Assembly (NCBI GenBank): GCA_965206745.1
Contig: OZ242220.1
Span: 352,001-416,000, forward strand
Direction of reading: 5' to 3'
Length of the DNA: 64,000 nucleotides
From: Nitrosopumilus sp.
Lineage (GTDB): Archaea > Thermoproteota > Nitrososphaeria > Nitrososphaerales > Nitrosopumilaceae
A program made the position numbers and the translations under genes. Positions 48,927 to 59,060 of this stretch are shown in pieces. Every line of letters starts with the position of its first letter. The first letter of the stretch is position 1. The notes under the pieces were generated by a model. The model had not been told where the DNA came from. It saw nothing but the letters and a program-made list of their open reading frames with translations, and made no database searches.

Positions 48927-50708
48927 TTGCAAATTCGTCAGCCCATAGTGGCAGTACTCGGTCACGTAGACTCTGGAAAAACATCACTCCTAGATAGGAT
49001 TCGCGGAACCGGCGTCCAGGGCAGGGAGGCAGGTGGAATCACCCAGCATATCGGTGCAAGCTTTCTTCCGACCCAGACCATCCGGGAGATGTGCGGCCCG
49101 CTGTACAAAAAACTCGAACAGTCAGAGAATCGGGTTCCTGGCCTGCTGGTAATTGACACCCCCGGACACGAGGTCTTTACGAACCTTCGCTCCAGGGGCG
49201 GCTCTGCTGCCGATATTGCAATACTGGTAGTCGATGTCAATCGGGGTTTTCAGCCGCAGACAAATGAGAGCTTGAGGATTCTGCAAAGCAGAAAGGTCCC
49301 CTTTGTCGTGGCACTAAACAAGTGTGATCAGATATCCGGATGGCGAAAGTCCGATACGAGGTTTATCACCCAGTCAATCAAGGAGCAGGATGCCTCAGTC
49401 CAGACTGATCTGGATCAAAAGGTGTACGATGTAGTAGGAACGCTGTCCATTCTGGGATACAAGTCAGAGGCCTTTTACCGCGTGCAGGACTTTAAATCAG
49501 AGATTGCCATAGTCCCGATCTCTGCACGTTCAGGGGTCGGAATTCCAGAACTGCTCAGCGTTCTAGTGGGCCTGACTCAGCAGTACCTGCAAAAGAGACT
49601 GGACCAGGACGAGAAGGAGCCTCGCGGCATCATACTTGAGGTAAAAGACGAGGTCGGGCTGGGACAGACGGCAAACGTGATCCTAATTGACGGCACAATC
49701 AAAAAGGAGAACCGCATAATTGTTGCAAAGCGTGATGTCGTAATCGTCACAAAACCCAAGGCACTGCTCCTGCCAAAGCCGCTTGATGAGATGCGCGATC
49801 CGCGTGACAAGTTCAAGCCGGTCCCGCAGGTCGATGCCGCTGCAGGCCTAAAGATTGCATCACCGGATCTTGAGGGCGTCCTCCCCGGAAGCACGCTCTA
49901 TGTTGCCACAAGTGACGAGGATGTTGCAAAGTATACGAAACTCATAGAGTCTGAGATGAAGTCAGTCTTTGTCGATACACAGACCAGCGGAATCACTTTA
50001 AAATGTGACACCATAGGCTCCCTTGAGGCAATCATGGAGATGCTAAAGCGCTCCCAGATCCCAGTTGCAAAGGCAGACATTGGTCCCGTGACCAGGCGGG
50101 ATGTGATAGAGGCAAAGGCCATCAAGGAGAAGGACAGGCATCTCGGGGTTGTACTGGCATTCAACGTCAAGACACTGCCTGATGCAAGAGACGAGTCTGA
50201 GACAAGCCACATCAGGCTGTTTGCAGACAGGGTGATCTACAGCCTAATTGACAACTACACCGCATGGGTGGAGGAGGATTCTGCAAACGAGGACGATGCG
50301 ATGTTTGCAGAGCTAGTCCCGATATCAAAGTTCACGTTCCTGAAGGGGATGGTGTTTCGAAACAACAACCCTGCAGTGTTTGGCGTGCGTGTGGATGTCG
50401 GAAACCTGAAACACAAGATCCCGTTTATGAACATGTCCGGCCGCAAGGTTGGATACATTCACCAGCTCCAGCTTGACAAAAAGACGGTATCGACTGCAAA
50501 GACAGGCGACGAGGTCGCATGCTCCGTCAAGGATGTCACCATTGGCAGGCAGATCTTTGAGGAGGAGACATACTATACGTTTCCACCGTCGCATGAGGCA
50601 AAGCAGATCCTCAACAAGTTCATGCACAAGCTCAGCACTGAAGAGCAGGGTGTGTTTGATGAGATTGTGAGAATCCAGCGAGAGATAGAGCCCGTCTACG
50701 GATACTAG
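48927..50708 (+). CDS. infB: Translation initiation factor aIF5B (IF-2)
   Basis: GHVDSGKT, EAGGITQHIGA, DTPGHE, NKCD. Confidence 0.97.
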   Translation: MQIRQPIVAVLGHVDSGKTSLLDRIRGTGVQGREAGGITQHIGASFLPTQTIREMCGPLYKKLEQSENRVPGLLVIDTPGHEVFTNLRSRGGSAADIAILVVDVNRGFQPQTNESLRILQSRKVPFVVALNKCDQISGWRKSDTRFITQSIKEQDASVQTDLDQKVYDVVGTLSILGYKSEAFYRVQDFKSEIAIVPISARSGVGIPELLSVLVGLTQQYLQKRLDQDEKEPRGIILEVKDEVGLGQTANVILIDGTIKKENRIIVAKRDVVIVTKPKALLLPKPLDEMRDPRDKFKPVPQVDAAAGLKIASPDLEGVLPGSTLYVATSDEDVAKYTKLIESEMKSVFVDTQTSGITLKCDTIGSLEAIMEMLKRSQIPVAKADIGPVTRRDVIEAKAIKEKDRHLGVVLAFNVKTLPDARDESETSHIRLFADRVIYSLIDNYTAWVEEDSANEDDAMFAELVPISKFTFLKGMVFRNNNPAVFGVRVDVGNLKHKIPFMNMSGRKVGYIHQLQLDKKTVSTAKTGDEVACSVKDVTIGRQIFEEETYYTFPPSHEAKQILNKFMHKLSTEEQGVFDEIVRIQREIEPVYGY

Positions 50709-51100
50709 TCCGAGTGCTTTTTACATATCATGTGTATTCCTGGTGCCCCCACTGCACCCATCATCTTGTCTATTATCTGCCCTGACTTGAACATGATAAA
50801 CGTCGGAATTGACTGTACGGCATACTTCATCGAGATGTCCTGGTTCTGATCGACATTGACCCTTGCAAACTTTACGTTCGGGTATTGTTTTGACAGGCTT
50901 TCAAATATTGGATGCATTGACTTGCATGGGCCGCACCACTCTGCCCAAAAGTCCACCAGGGTCGGAACCTCTGCAGACACGGTTTGGTCAAAATTAGACC
51001 CGTTCAAATCGACTATCCCCGGCTCGATTACGGGTTTTGGCTTGAGCATCTCGTCCATCTTTCTCTGCATGATCTTTGCAATCTCTGGATCTTCGGACAA
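50705..51100 (-). CDS. trxA: Thioredoxin
   Basis: DFWAEWCGPCK, SIPTF. Confidence 0.95.
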   Translation of the reverse strand: MSEDPEIAKIMQRKMDEMLKPKPVIEPGIVDLNGSNFDQTVSAEVPTLVDFWAEWCGPCKSMHPIFESLSKQYPNVKFARVNVDQNQDISMKYAVQSIPTFIMFKSGQIIDKMMGAVGAPGIHMICKKHSD

Positions 51101-51131
51101 TGCGTATCTGAATTCTGCTCTACTAAAAAAT

Positions 51132-51278
51132 CTAGTCCTCGTCTGGATTGATGGGAATGGCCTCGTATCTTCTTGACTTGCAGATTGGGCACTGGTCTAT
51201 GTATCTTGTAAAGCTCACCGAGGTGTATGCGATGCCACACTCCCCACAGATTCTCAGATTTCTGCCTAGTTTGCCCAT
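51132..51278 (-). CDS. Small zinc-ribbon protein, 48 aa (missing from the ORF track)
   Basis: Translated by hand: MGKLGRNLRICGECGIAYTSVSFTRYIDQCPICKSRRYEAIPINPDED (two CxxC). Confidence 0.7.
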   Translation of the reverse strand: MGKLGRNLRICGECGIAYTSVSFTRYIDQCPICKSRRYEAIPINPDED

Positions 51279-51323
51279 TACTTGGTTATCTGGGGGCATT
51301 GTGATTAAAACTTAGCTTTTAAC

Positions 51324-54300
51324 TTACCAGAACTGCCACCATGGCTTTTCAACTGGCTTGCTGATAACTGTGCACTTGCCGTCCCTCAGTTCTGTTCCGG
51401 GACCGCAGGTGCCAAACTTTTTCTCTCCTACAACCGGTTCCTTTACAGCGGGCTCCTTTACACTCGGCTTCTCTAGCCCGACTGCCTGATATATGGAGTC
51501 ATACTCTGCAAAGTTGTCATCAAACCATTTTTTGTAGGTCGGCTCTGCATTGTACCTGTCAACATAACTCTGCGGATCCTCTGAACTGTCCACAAATGAT
51601 GCCAGTGCAACTGGCTCCTTTGCAACCGGTTCCTTTACTGCCGGTTTCTCTGCATTCGGATCTTCTAGCCCGACTGCCTGATATATGGAGTCATACTCTG
51701 CAAAGTTGTCATCAAACCATTTTTTGTAGGTCGGCTCTGCATTGTACCTGTCAACGTAGCTCTGCGGATCCTCTGAACTGACCACAAATGATGCCAGTGC
51801 AACGGGCTCCTTTGCAACCGGTTCCTTTACTGCCGGTTTCTCTGCATTCGGATCTTCTAGCCCGACTGCCTGATATATGGAGTCATACTCTGCAAAGTTG
51901 TCATCAAACCATTTTTTGTAGGTCGGCTCTGCATTGTACCTGTCAACGTAGCTCTGCGGATCCTCTGAACTGACCACAAATGATGCCAGCCCTAGTTTTT
52001 TTGGCTCTGCTGGTTTTGGTTCAGGTGCCGGCTCAGGTTTTGGTTCAGGTGCCGGCTCTGCTGGTTTTGGATTAGGTTTTGGACTGGTAGCTATGTCATT
52101 TACGGTGATGGTTATCGATTGCCTGTCTGACACTCCGCCCTTCTTTGCAATTATGTCAAGGGAGTATCTTTTTCCGCCGTCATTGACAGATGGTGTCCAT
52201 GAAAACACGCCTGTCTTTGATCCAATTTTGGCCCCTGCCGGAGGCTTGTCCAGACTAAACACCACGTCCTTGACTGTCTTGTCTGTTAATTTGACGGTAA
52301 ACTGTAATTTTTTGCCTTCGTCTATCTGCAGTTTGCCCAGGGGGCTGATATTTACATTGGGTGTTTTTGGTGTAGCAGACCCCTCGTTTGATGGCTCACT
52401 TGTGCCAACGGTATTGATTGCCGAAACTTTGTATGTGTACTTTGTATCTTCGCTAAGATTTTTATGAGAATACTTCGTCGTGGTGCTCTTGGTATCTGCA
52501 ACTAGTTCCTTGTACGAATCGGCATCCTTTTTTACCTCGATCTTGTAGCCTGTGATCGGTGTATTTCCATCCTTTACAGGCGCACTCCATGACAGATCGA
52601 TCTGAGTCGATGATACAACTGATGCAGTCAGTTTTATTGGCGGGGAAGATTTTTCCATACCCACCTGAGTTGACTTTACTGGTTCAACCTCTGCCACGTC
52701 TTCTGAATCTTCTCTCGGGGTGGCAGATGCAGTTGGGGATTCCTCGGTATAGCCGGCTCCTATCTTTGCACTGACTGCAAATGTGTATGTTTTGTCAGTT
52801 CTCAAATTAGTAACGATATATGACATGGTTCCAGAATTCGTGCTTCCCAAGTCATCATATACGCCTGGAGTCAGTTCTCGCTTGACCTGATAGCTGCTAA
52901 TTGACTGTCCATAGGTTTCAGATGGCGGCAGCCATGATAGTCTGATCTGGCTTGGTGCAATGGCAGTAGCAGTAAGGGATGTCGGCGTGTCTGTATGCTC
53001 TGGCTTTGTTGAGTCGTTTGCCGATCCTTCACTTGTTCCATTTGAATTAAGTGAATAAACGCGGTAATGATGGGTATCAGTTGACTCTAGGCCCTCGTGA
53101 ATAAATGACGTGGTCTTACTTGTAGTGTTTTCTGTAATCGTGACGTATCTTCCTGTGCCTACCTTGTACTCTATCTTGTAACCTGTAATTACAGGAATCT
53201 TTTCTCCCATCTCCGGCTCGACCCATGAAAGGATTATCGAGGTTGGAGATGTCGGGGATGCCTTGAGATTCTCTGGCTTGCTTGGAAGCAAAACTGTAGG
53301 CTCTGAACTAGAACTAGAACCAGAACCAGCACTAAAACTAAACACTTGAACCCTGTTGTTTTCTGTATCTGCCACCATCAGCAATTCGTTCCTTTTATCA
53401 AACGCGATCCCCGTTGGTGACCTGAATTCCCCGTTTCCAGAACCCCTTGTTCCAAACTTTTCAACAAAACAAACTCCGTCTGCCACCTTGTCTGTCCCAC
53501 TAGGGCAAGTGTCACCGTCGACCATCTTGAATACTTGAATTCTATCGTTATTCGTATCTGCAACATAAAGCAAATCATCTGGCGCATACGCTAATCCTGT
53601 TGGCGCGTTAAACTCTCCTTCATCCCTGCCTGTTGATCCAAACTCTTTGAGAAGGCAGACGCCGTCAACTGCCTCTGTTGTCCCACTAGGACACGTCGTA
53701 CCTGTGACTAGCTCGAAGACCACTATCCTGTCGTTGCCGGAATCTGCAACATAAAGAATATTGTTATCCATTACCATGTTTTTGGGATCTTTAAACTTGT
53801 CAGTTGTGTTAAACGTGTTGAACTTGAACGCATATCCTCTGCTTGAATCAAAGACTGATATCAGATCCTTTTCAGTGTTTGAGACTAGGATATTTTCAGT
53901 TGATTCCTGAATTACAATTCCAGAGGCCGAACCAAGATAATCTTCTGCTGACCTAACTGATGAGCCAAATTTTGCTTTGAATTTGCCATCCTCATCGAAG
54001 ATCTGAACACGTTTGTTCTCTGTATCGACTATGTAAAATTTATCATCTGAATCACTTGCGATGCTCATCGGCTTGTTGAACTGTCCATCCCCATCACTGG
54101 CTGCGCCATCACCATCACTGTTGCAGTTCTGAATTGACACAACATCACACAAGGATCCGAATTGAAAGTCAGATCTGCCATCACTTTTAAAAACACTAAT
54201 TCTGTGGTTGTCGCTGTCTACAACGTAGATTTCTCTCCCATTTCTATCAATGACATCTGTAGGCCTGTCAAATTCACTATTTCCCGTGCCTGATGAACCG

Positions 54301-54392
54301 ATTTTAAAAGAGAATTCAGGTTCGGCGTATGCAAATTGGATAGATACGATACAAAGTGTGAATAACAGACCAAGGATTATTTTATTTTTCAA
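51324..54392 (-). CDS. Secreted NHL-repeat beta-propeller protein with 3 FN3, Ig, Pro-rich linker, 3 thaumarchaeal repeats and a KPWWQFW tail
   Basis: GxGxGEFxxPxGIA...YVADTxNxRIQVF repeats; FN3 motifs; 3x DPQSYVDRYNAEPTYKKWFDDNF. Confidence 0.88.
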   Translation of the reverse strand: MKNKIILGLLFTLCIVSIQFAYAEPEFSFKIGSSGTGNSEFDRPTDVIDRNGREIYVVDSDNHRISVFKSDGRSDFQFGSLCDVVSIQNCNSDGDGAASDGDGQFNKPMSIASDSDDKFYIVDTENKRVQIFDEDGKFKAKFGSSVRSAEDYLGSASGIVIQESTENILVSNTEKDLISVFDSSRGYAFKFNTFNTTDKFKDPKNMVMDNNILYVADSGNDRIVVFELVTGTTCPSGTTEAVDGVCLLKEFGSTGRDEGEFNAPTGLAYAPDDLLYVADTNNDRIQVFKMVDGDTCPSGTDKVADGVCFVEKFGTRGSGNGEFRSPTGIAFDKRNELLMVADTENNRVQVFSFSAGSGSSSSSEPTVLLPSKPENLKASPTSPTSIILSWVEPEMGEKIPVITGYKIEYKVGTGRYVTITENTTSKTTSFIHEGLESTDTHHYRVYSLNSNGTSEGSANDSTKPEHTDTPTSLTATAIAPSQIRLSWLPPSETYGQSISSYQVKRELTPGVYDDLGSTNSGTMSYIVTNLRTDKTYTFAVSAKIGAGYTEESPTASATPREDSEDVAEVEPVKSTQVGMEKSSPPIKLTASVVSSTQIDLSWSAPVKDGNTPITGYKIEVKKDADSYKELVADTKSTTTKYSHKNLSEDTKYTYKVSAINTVGTSEPSNEGSATPKTPNVNISPLGKLQIDEGKKLQFTVKLTDKTVKDVVFSLDKPPAGAKIGSKTGVFSWTPSVNDGGKRYSLDIIAKKGGVSDRQSITITVNDIATSPKPNPKPAEPAPEPKPEPAPEPKPAEPKKLGLASFVVSSEDPQSYVDRYNAEPTYKKWFDDNFAEYDSIYQAVGLEDPNAEKPAVKEPVAKEPVALASFVVSSEDPQSYVDRYNAEPTYKKWFDDNFAEYDSIYQAVGLEDPNAEKPAVKEPVAKEPVALASFVDSSEDPQSYVDRYNAEPTYKKWFDDNFAEYDSIYQAVGLEKPSVKEPAVKEPVVGEKKFGTCGPGTELRDGKCTVISKPVEKPWWQFW
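51473..51990 (-). repeat. Three near-identical coding repeats, period 192 bp; two further copies at about 54953-55290 in the neighbouring gene
   Basis: ctagcccgactgcctgatatatgg... recurs at about 51473, 51665, 51857, 54954 and 55161. Confidence 0.9.
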
Positions 54393-54486
54393 TGCGTATA
54401 TAGTGCTCGTAATTCATCGTTAAAAACATCAGATAATAAATTTCACTACCCATTAGATCAATTGAGATTTACCAATTCTGAGATTC

Positions 54487-56064
54487 TCAGATTTTGATGT
54501 ATTTTCTGGTCTTGACAATTATGATTGCCGGAATCCCCACATACATTCCCAGATTCATCAATATCACGCCTATTCCATATGAGACAACCTGTGACTCTGT
54601 CTCTGCATGTGACATGATGTGCAAGGTCGATAGCAGTGGAGTAATTCCAATCTTTACCATCTCCCTGAATGCGGGATTCTCCCTTTGCATATCTGCAATG
54701 TGTGGTGAGAATGAATAGTACAACTGGTTAAAGCCTGTCATAAAGGACATTCCCGAATCTGTCCCCATCAACTGGTTATCCCGAATCTCTCTGAGCAATT
54801 GAACCTGTGGCGCCATCTCTGTGCCATATGCTGCAGTGGCAATCAGACAGCCGCCTCCGTCCTTGGAATCACTTACAACTACACAGACTCCCCTGACTAG
54901 ATCCGTTCCCTCATCACATTCTCCAAAATTCTCTTTGACTACCTCTGGCTTTTCTAGCCCGACTGCCTGATATATGGAATCATACTCTGAAAAATTGTCA
55001 TCAAACCACTTTTTGTAAGTCGGCTCTGCGTTATACCTGTCAACGTAGATCTGCGGATCCTCTGAACTGTCCACAAATGATGCCAGTCCAACTGGCTCCT
55101 TTGCAACAGGTTCCTTTACAGCAGGTTCCTTTATCTCCGGCTCCTTTGCACCCGGCTCTTCTAGCCCGACTGCCTGATATATGGAATCATACTCTGCAAA
55201 GTTGTCATCAAACCACTTTTTGTAAGTCGGCTCCGTATTGTATCTCTCAACGTAGCTCTGCGGATCCTTTGCATCATCCACAAATGATGCCGGCCCTAGC
55301 TTTTTTGGCTCTGCCACTTTTGGTTCAGGTTCAGGCTTTGGCTCTGGTTCGGGTTTTGGTTCAGCTTTTGGCTGTGTAGGTGGTACAGCTTTTGGAACTG
55401 GCTTGTCTGATACTGTAACTGTGATGGTCTCCCTCTCTTCTAGAGGGCCTGCCTCCACTATGATATCAAAAATATATCCTCCTGCTTGAGTATCAGTCGG
55501 AGTCCAAGAAAACGCCCCTGTCTTTTCGTTTATTTTTGCACCGTTGGGATTATTCCTTAATTTGAATTTCTCATCTGTGATTTGTGAATCCGTAATACTT
55601 GCAGTAAAGACTAATCTCTCCCCCTCATCGACTTGCTTGTTTCCAATTGGCTTTAAGATCAATTCAAAGTCCGGCAGTACGGTAGCCCTTCCGCTCTCAA
55701 ACTCTATCTTGATTATTGTTCCATTTGCTGGTTGTTGGGATTCTGTGAATACGTTGATTGTATAGATTCCTTTAGTTCCGAAAAAATTGTCTGCTGCAAT
55801 TGCTGTAAATTCAAATGTCTTTCCGGAGGCAATTGCGTTTCTAACCAGTTTCTCATTAGATGGTCCTTTCATTGCGGCAACCAACAGTCCTCCTCCATCA
55901 TCATCGCTTATTGTTCCCGAAATGATAAAGTCGTCATTAAGTGTGAATGCCTGCTTGTCAAGGACCGCAGTCTTTACATCTGCGTAAACTGGCACAGTAA
56001 CTAGAATGACCAGTGAAAATATTGCAATTAATCCTAGATTTGTCCTCACAATGATGACTTGCAT
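54487..56064 (-). CDS. Secreted Ig-domain protein with 2 thaumarchaeal repeats and CFI-box-CTERM anchor
   Basis: Signal peptide, TGAFSWTP Ig, PKPEPE linker, GGGCLIATAAYG...LREIRD...FNQLYYSFSP and terminal TM helix. Confidence 0.85.
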   Translation of the reverse strand: MQVIIVRTNLGLIAIFSLVILVTVPVYADVKTAVLDKQAFTLNDDFIISGTISDDDGGGLLVAAMKGPSNEKLVRNAIASGKTFEFTAIAADNFFGTKGIYTINVFTESQQPANGTIIKIEFESGRATVLPDFELILKPIGNKQVDEGERLVFTASITDSQITDEKFKLRNNPNGAKINEKTGAFSWTPTDTQAGGYIFDIIVEAGPLEERETITVTVSDKPVPKAVPPTQPKAEPKPEPEPKPEPEPKVAEPKKLGPASFVDDAKDPQSYVERYNTEPTYKKWFDDNFAEYDSIYQAVGLEEPGAKEPEIKEPAVKEPVAKEPVGLASFVDSSEDPQIYVDRYNAEPTYKKWFDDNFSEYDSIYQAVGLEKPEVVKENFGECDEGTDLVRGVCVVVSDSKDGGGCLIATAAYGTEMAPQVQLLREIRDNQLMGTDSGMSFMTGFNQLYYSFSPHIADMQRENPAFREMVKIGITPLLSTLHIMSHAETESQVVSYGIGVILMNLGMYVGIPAIIIVKTRKYIKI

Positions 56065-56128
56065 TAGTTTCTTTTTAAAAAAGACGTATACTTTCTTCTA
56101 GGGAATTGCAAAGAATTATTCACAAACT

Positions 56129-56545
56129 TTACAGATCAAGCAGGAATCGCATATAAACTCCGTCTTCCTGCCTGATCTCCATATCGTAAAATGTCGGGGC
56201 CTTGACCTCGACCTTGAAGTTGTGCTTTTTCACATCCAATGGCTCACCGTGCGCAGTTGCGTTGATTCTGTACCCGTCATCCTCCTTGATATCAAACTCC
56301 AACCTGCTGATTGCAAACCCCTCTGTAATCAGGATAAACGGTATCTCCTCCAGCCAGCTATACAGCAGGTAATGCAGGTCCTTTCCACTGGCTGAAAATC
56401 CCATCTGCCCCTTCTCCTCCACCCTGTCCCGGTCTAGTGTTAGGTTGATCTCTGCATCGGCTGCCACGGCAAATGCCTCTTTGAGGTCCTTTGCAGTGAC
56501 CTCGATTATCGCATCAGTTGCATGATCTAAAAACTTGTAACTCAA
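56129..56545 (-). CDS. Archease (RtcB cofactor)
   Basis: YKFLDHATD, EVKAPTFY, FLLDL C-terminus. Confidence 0.92.
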   Translation of the reverse strand: MSYKFLDHATDAIIEVTAKDLKEAFAVAADAEINLTLDRDRVEEKGQMGFSASGKDLHYLLYSWLEEIPFILITEGFAISRLEFDIKEDDGYRINATAHGEPLDVKKHNFKVEVKAPTFYDMEIRQEDGVYMRFLLDL

Positions 56546-56585
56546 CTGAAGATCTGTGGCATCTCTGATTATTAATCTAGGTGGT

Positions 56586-56951
56586 CTATTGCGCCTTTGA
56601 GTCCAGTTCTATTATTCCAAACATGTTGCCTTCGGTATCTGCACATTGCGCAAACCATCCGACCTTTAAAATTGCCATTTTTGGAACAAGCATGTGCCCT
56701 CCGCCCTCTGTAATCTTTTTTGAGAACTCGTCAATTGACGGGACATTGATCGTGTTTGTCATTCCCATCTGTCCTGGCATCCTTTTTGACATCCCCCCGT
56801 CAATTCCTGGCTGCTCTGTCCCTGTCCTTGCCATCCAATAGTCCACCGGTCCGTCCCATTTCTCAAACTTCCAATCAAAGACGTCACCATAGAACTTTTG
56901 TGCCCTCTCTGGATCATCAGCCGGTATGTCAAAATGTGAAATTCTTGGCAT
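56586..56951 (-). CDS. VOC/glyoxalase family protein
   Basis: HFDIPADDPERAQKFYGDVFDW, DTEGNMFG. Confidence 0.9.
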   Translation of the reverse strand: MPRISHFDIPADDPERAQKFYGDVFDWKFEKWDGPVDYWMARTGTEQPGIDGGMSKRMPGQMGMTNTINVPSIDEFSKKITEGGGHMLVPKMAILKVGWFAQCADTEGNMFGIIELDSKAQ

Positions 56952-57120
56952 GAACTATTTGGCATGCCAAATCACTTAAAAATATTCCCTTGGTACTTTT
57001 GAAAATTTGCTATTTTAAAATTAAAGCACAATCATGATGCTGTGAGGATTCCCCCATTCCATCAAATGCCGATGCTCCGATCACCAGTGTCATCATTGTC
57101 TTGGCAGCTCTTCTTTGGAG

Positions 57121-57420
57121 TCACCTTCTGGTGATCCAAACAAGAACTGACAAGCCTATTGTCTGAGTCACGTTGATTGCAAGCAGATAGTTGGATACCA
57201 TGTCTGCTGACATCATCAGCAATTTGTCATCCCTGTACAGTGTTGACCAAAACAGCACGATTACGATGTTTTGAATCATCAGGAGGGCCGCAACCATGAC
57301 CATGCCTGACGTGTAGTATGATCTAATCACCCTCATGTTTTGAACGTATGTTGCAATCACAACTAGCAGCAGGCCGATGTTGAGAAATGCAGATGCCACT
57401 GCCAGCACAAAATCTACCAA
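57121..57420 (-). CDS. Small 3-TM membrane protein typically paired with archaeal ArsR regulators
   Basis: Three hydrophobic helices; directly downstream of the ArsR-like gene. Confidence 0.65.
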   Translation of the reverse strand: MVDFVLAVASAFLNIGLLLVVIATYVQNMRVIRSYYTSGMVMVAALLMIQNIVIVLFWSTLYRDDKLLMMSADMVSNYLLAINVTQTIGLSVLVWITRR

Positions 57421-57447
57421 TGTGGCTTGCCCCTGCAGTTGGCTGGT

Positions 57448-57921
57448 TTACTTTTTTTCAATCTTTCTCATTATCTCTTCTAGAACACTTTGATTGTCTT
57501 TCATGATTTGGGTTAGGTGGTATTCTGCACCGTATTCCTTCTCGTCTTTTGAGAGCAGCTCGTTTTTTGAGAGGACCTTTATGTGGTGAATTACCGTTTT
57601 GTGATCCAGGTTCAGTACAGTTGCAATCTTGTTTGCATTCATCGGGGTATCCTTGACTAGGTTGAGGATCTTTGCCCTGTTTACTCCTCCCCTCGTGCCT
57701 GCAATTATTGACCAGAGTATCATTTTGAATCTGGGATTTGGGTTTGATTCTCCGCTGCCTGAGCCTGAGAGGGAAAACAGTCCCCTGGGAATCAAGCTTG
57801 AGAATGAAAATATTGGGAGGGCAGTTGTTATGATCACTGATTGTTCAGAATTTGCGTCAGTTATAAAAAATCCCTTTTGAAATTTCGTGGTTTTATTGGG
57901 GTGATAACTCTGCACTTCCAA
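57448..57921 (-). CDS. ArsR-like winged-HTH regulator (true start probably downstream of 57921)
   Basis: LWSIIAGTRGGVNRAKIL...PMNANKIATVLNLDHKTVIHHIKVL...YG. Confidence 0.85.
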   Translation of the reverse strand: MEVQSYHPNKTTKFQKGFFITDANSEQSVIITTALPIFSFSSLIPRGLFSLSGSGSGESNPNPRFKMILWSIIAGTRGGVNRAKILNLVKDTPMNANKIATVLNLDHKTVIHHIKVLSKNELLSKDEKEYGAEYHLTQIMKDNQSVLEEIMRKIEKK

Positions 57922-58936
57922 ACAAGACTCCGAATGCCTGACACCAGACTAGTACATTGTTGTATTTATCTAGATCAATATCCTCTGGAATTTGATAGTT
58001 CTGATTCCCTTTGTTTGCCTTGAGTTTTCCCAGGTTGACAAAGTCCGATGCATTATCGTCAGTTGATAAATAAACATACAGGTCTGGACCGTTGGTTGCC
58101 TTGAAATTTTCGAATCTTAGCACATTGCTGCCATCATCTATTGGTATGGTATATGCCTCGCCATCTGCGTTATGGACGCCATCGTTGACTCCGACAAACT
58201 TGCCTGCAAAGGACATTGGAACTGTCTCATCTTCCATAGTGTCAGCCATCATGGCATCCTCTGCCATCATCTCTTCCTCCATGGTGCTCTCCTCTGCCAT
58301 CTCCTCTTCCGTGGTTGTACCTTCAGCCATCATGGCATCCTCTGCCATCATCTCTTCCTCCATAGTGTCACCTATCTCTTCCTCTGCCATCATTTCATCT
58401 TCTATAGTACTCTCTTCAGCCATCAGCTTCTCTGTCATAGTATCATCTTTCATCATCTCTTCGTCCTTCATCATCTCTTCCTCCATAGTATCATCTTTCA
58501 TCATCTCATCAGCCATCATGGCATCCTCTGCCATCATTCCTTCTTCCATAGCATCTTCCTCCATCATCATCTCTTCCTCCATAGTATCATCTTTCATCAT
58601 CTCATCTGCCATCATGGCATCCTCTGCCATCATTCCTTCTTCCATAGCATCTTCCTCCATAGTATCATCTTTCATCATCTCATCAGCCATCATGGCATCT
58701 TCAGCCATCATCTCTTCTTCCATAGCATCTTCAGCCATCATCATCTCTTCCTCCTCCATCATCGTATCATCCTGGCTTGGAGTTACCGTGTCTTTGCCGT
58801 CTATTTTTGGTTGAACTATTGCGCCAGGCGGAAGTGCCTCATCAATTGTTGACTCTGTAAAATATGGCGATAATGCAAATGTTGAAACTGCCGCAACTAT
58901 TATCACTATGGCTATAATTCCCAACCGTTTATTCAT
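57893..58936 (-). CDS. Membrane-anchored DM13-domain protein with long Met/Glu/Asp-rich repeat insert
   Basis: N-terminal TM, IDEALP, about 185-aa MEEEMMAEDAMM repeats, then GKFVG...HNADG...NGPDLYVYL...LKANKGNQNY...LVWCQAFGVLFG. Confidence 0.88.
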   Translation of the reverse strand: MNKRLGIIAIVIIVAAVSTFALSPYFTESTIDEALPPGAIVQPKIDGKDTVTPSQDDTMMEEEEMMMAEDAMEEEMMAEDAMMADEMMKDDTMEEDAMEEGMMAEDAMMADEMMKDDTMEEEMMMEEDAMEEGMMAEDAMMADEMMKDDTMEEEMMKDEEMMKDDTMTEKLMAEESTIEDEMMAEEEIGDTMEEEMMAEDAMMAEGTTTEEEMAEESTMEEEMMAEDAMMADTMEDETVPMSFAGKFVGVNDGVHNADGEAYTIPIDDGSNVLRFENFKATNGPDLYVYLSTDDNASDFVNLGKLKANKGNQNYQIPEDIDLDKYNNVLVWCQAFGVLFGSAELSPQ

Positions 58937-59060
58937 GATGAAACAATAAATTTTCCCTATATAGTGGATCTTCCAGTTTTGACCCCAATCTTTAGGCACA
59001 GATACACCTGTGACTGCTGACTCGTAAGGTAATTTAGTAAGATCTCAGTGCCAGAAACAA

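Noticed and set aside
51473-55290. Regularly spaced direct repeats as a possible CRISPR array
   Set aside because: Units are over 100 bp, in frame and protein-coding, with no unique spacers and no cas genes
58092-58852. His-rich (226 aa) and Ser/Ile-rich (240 aa) plus-strand ORFs
   Set aside because: Antisense shadows of the Met/Glu/Asp repeat in the DM13 gene
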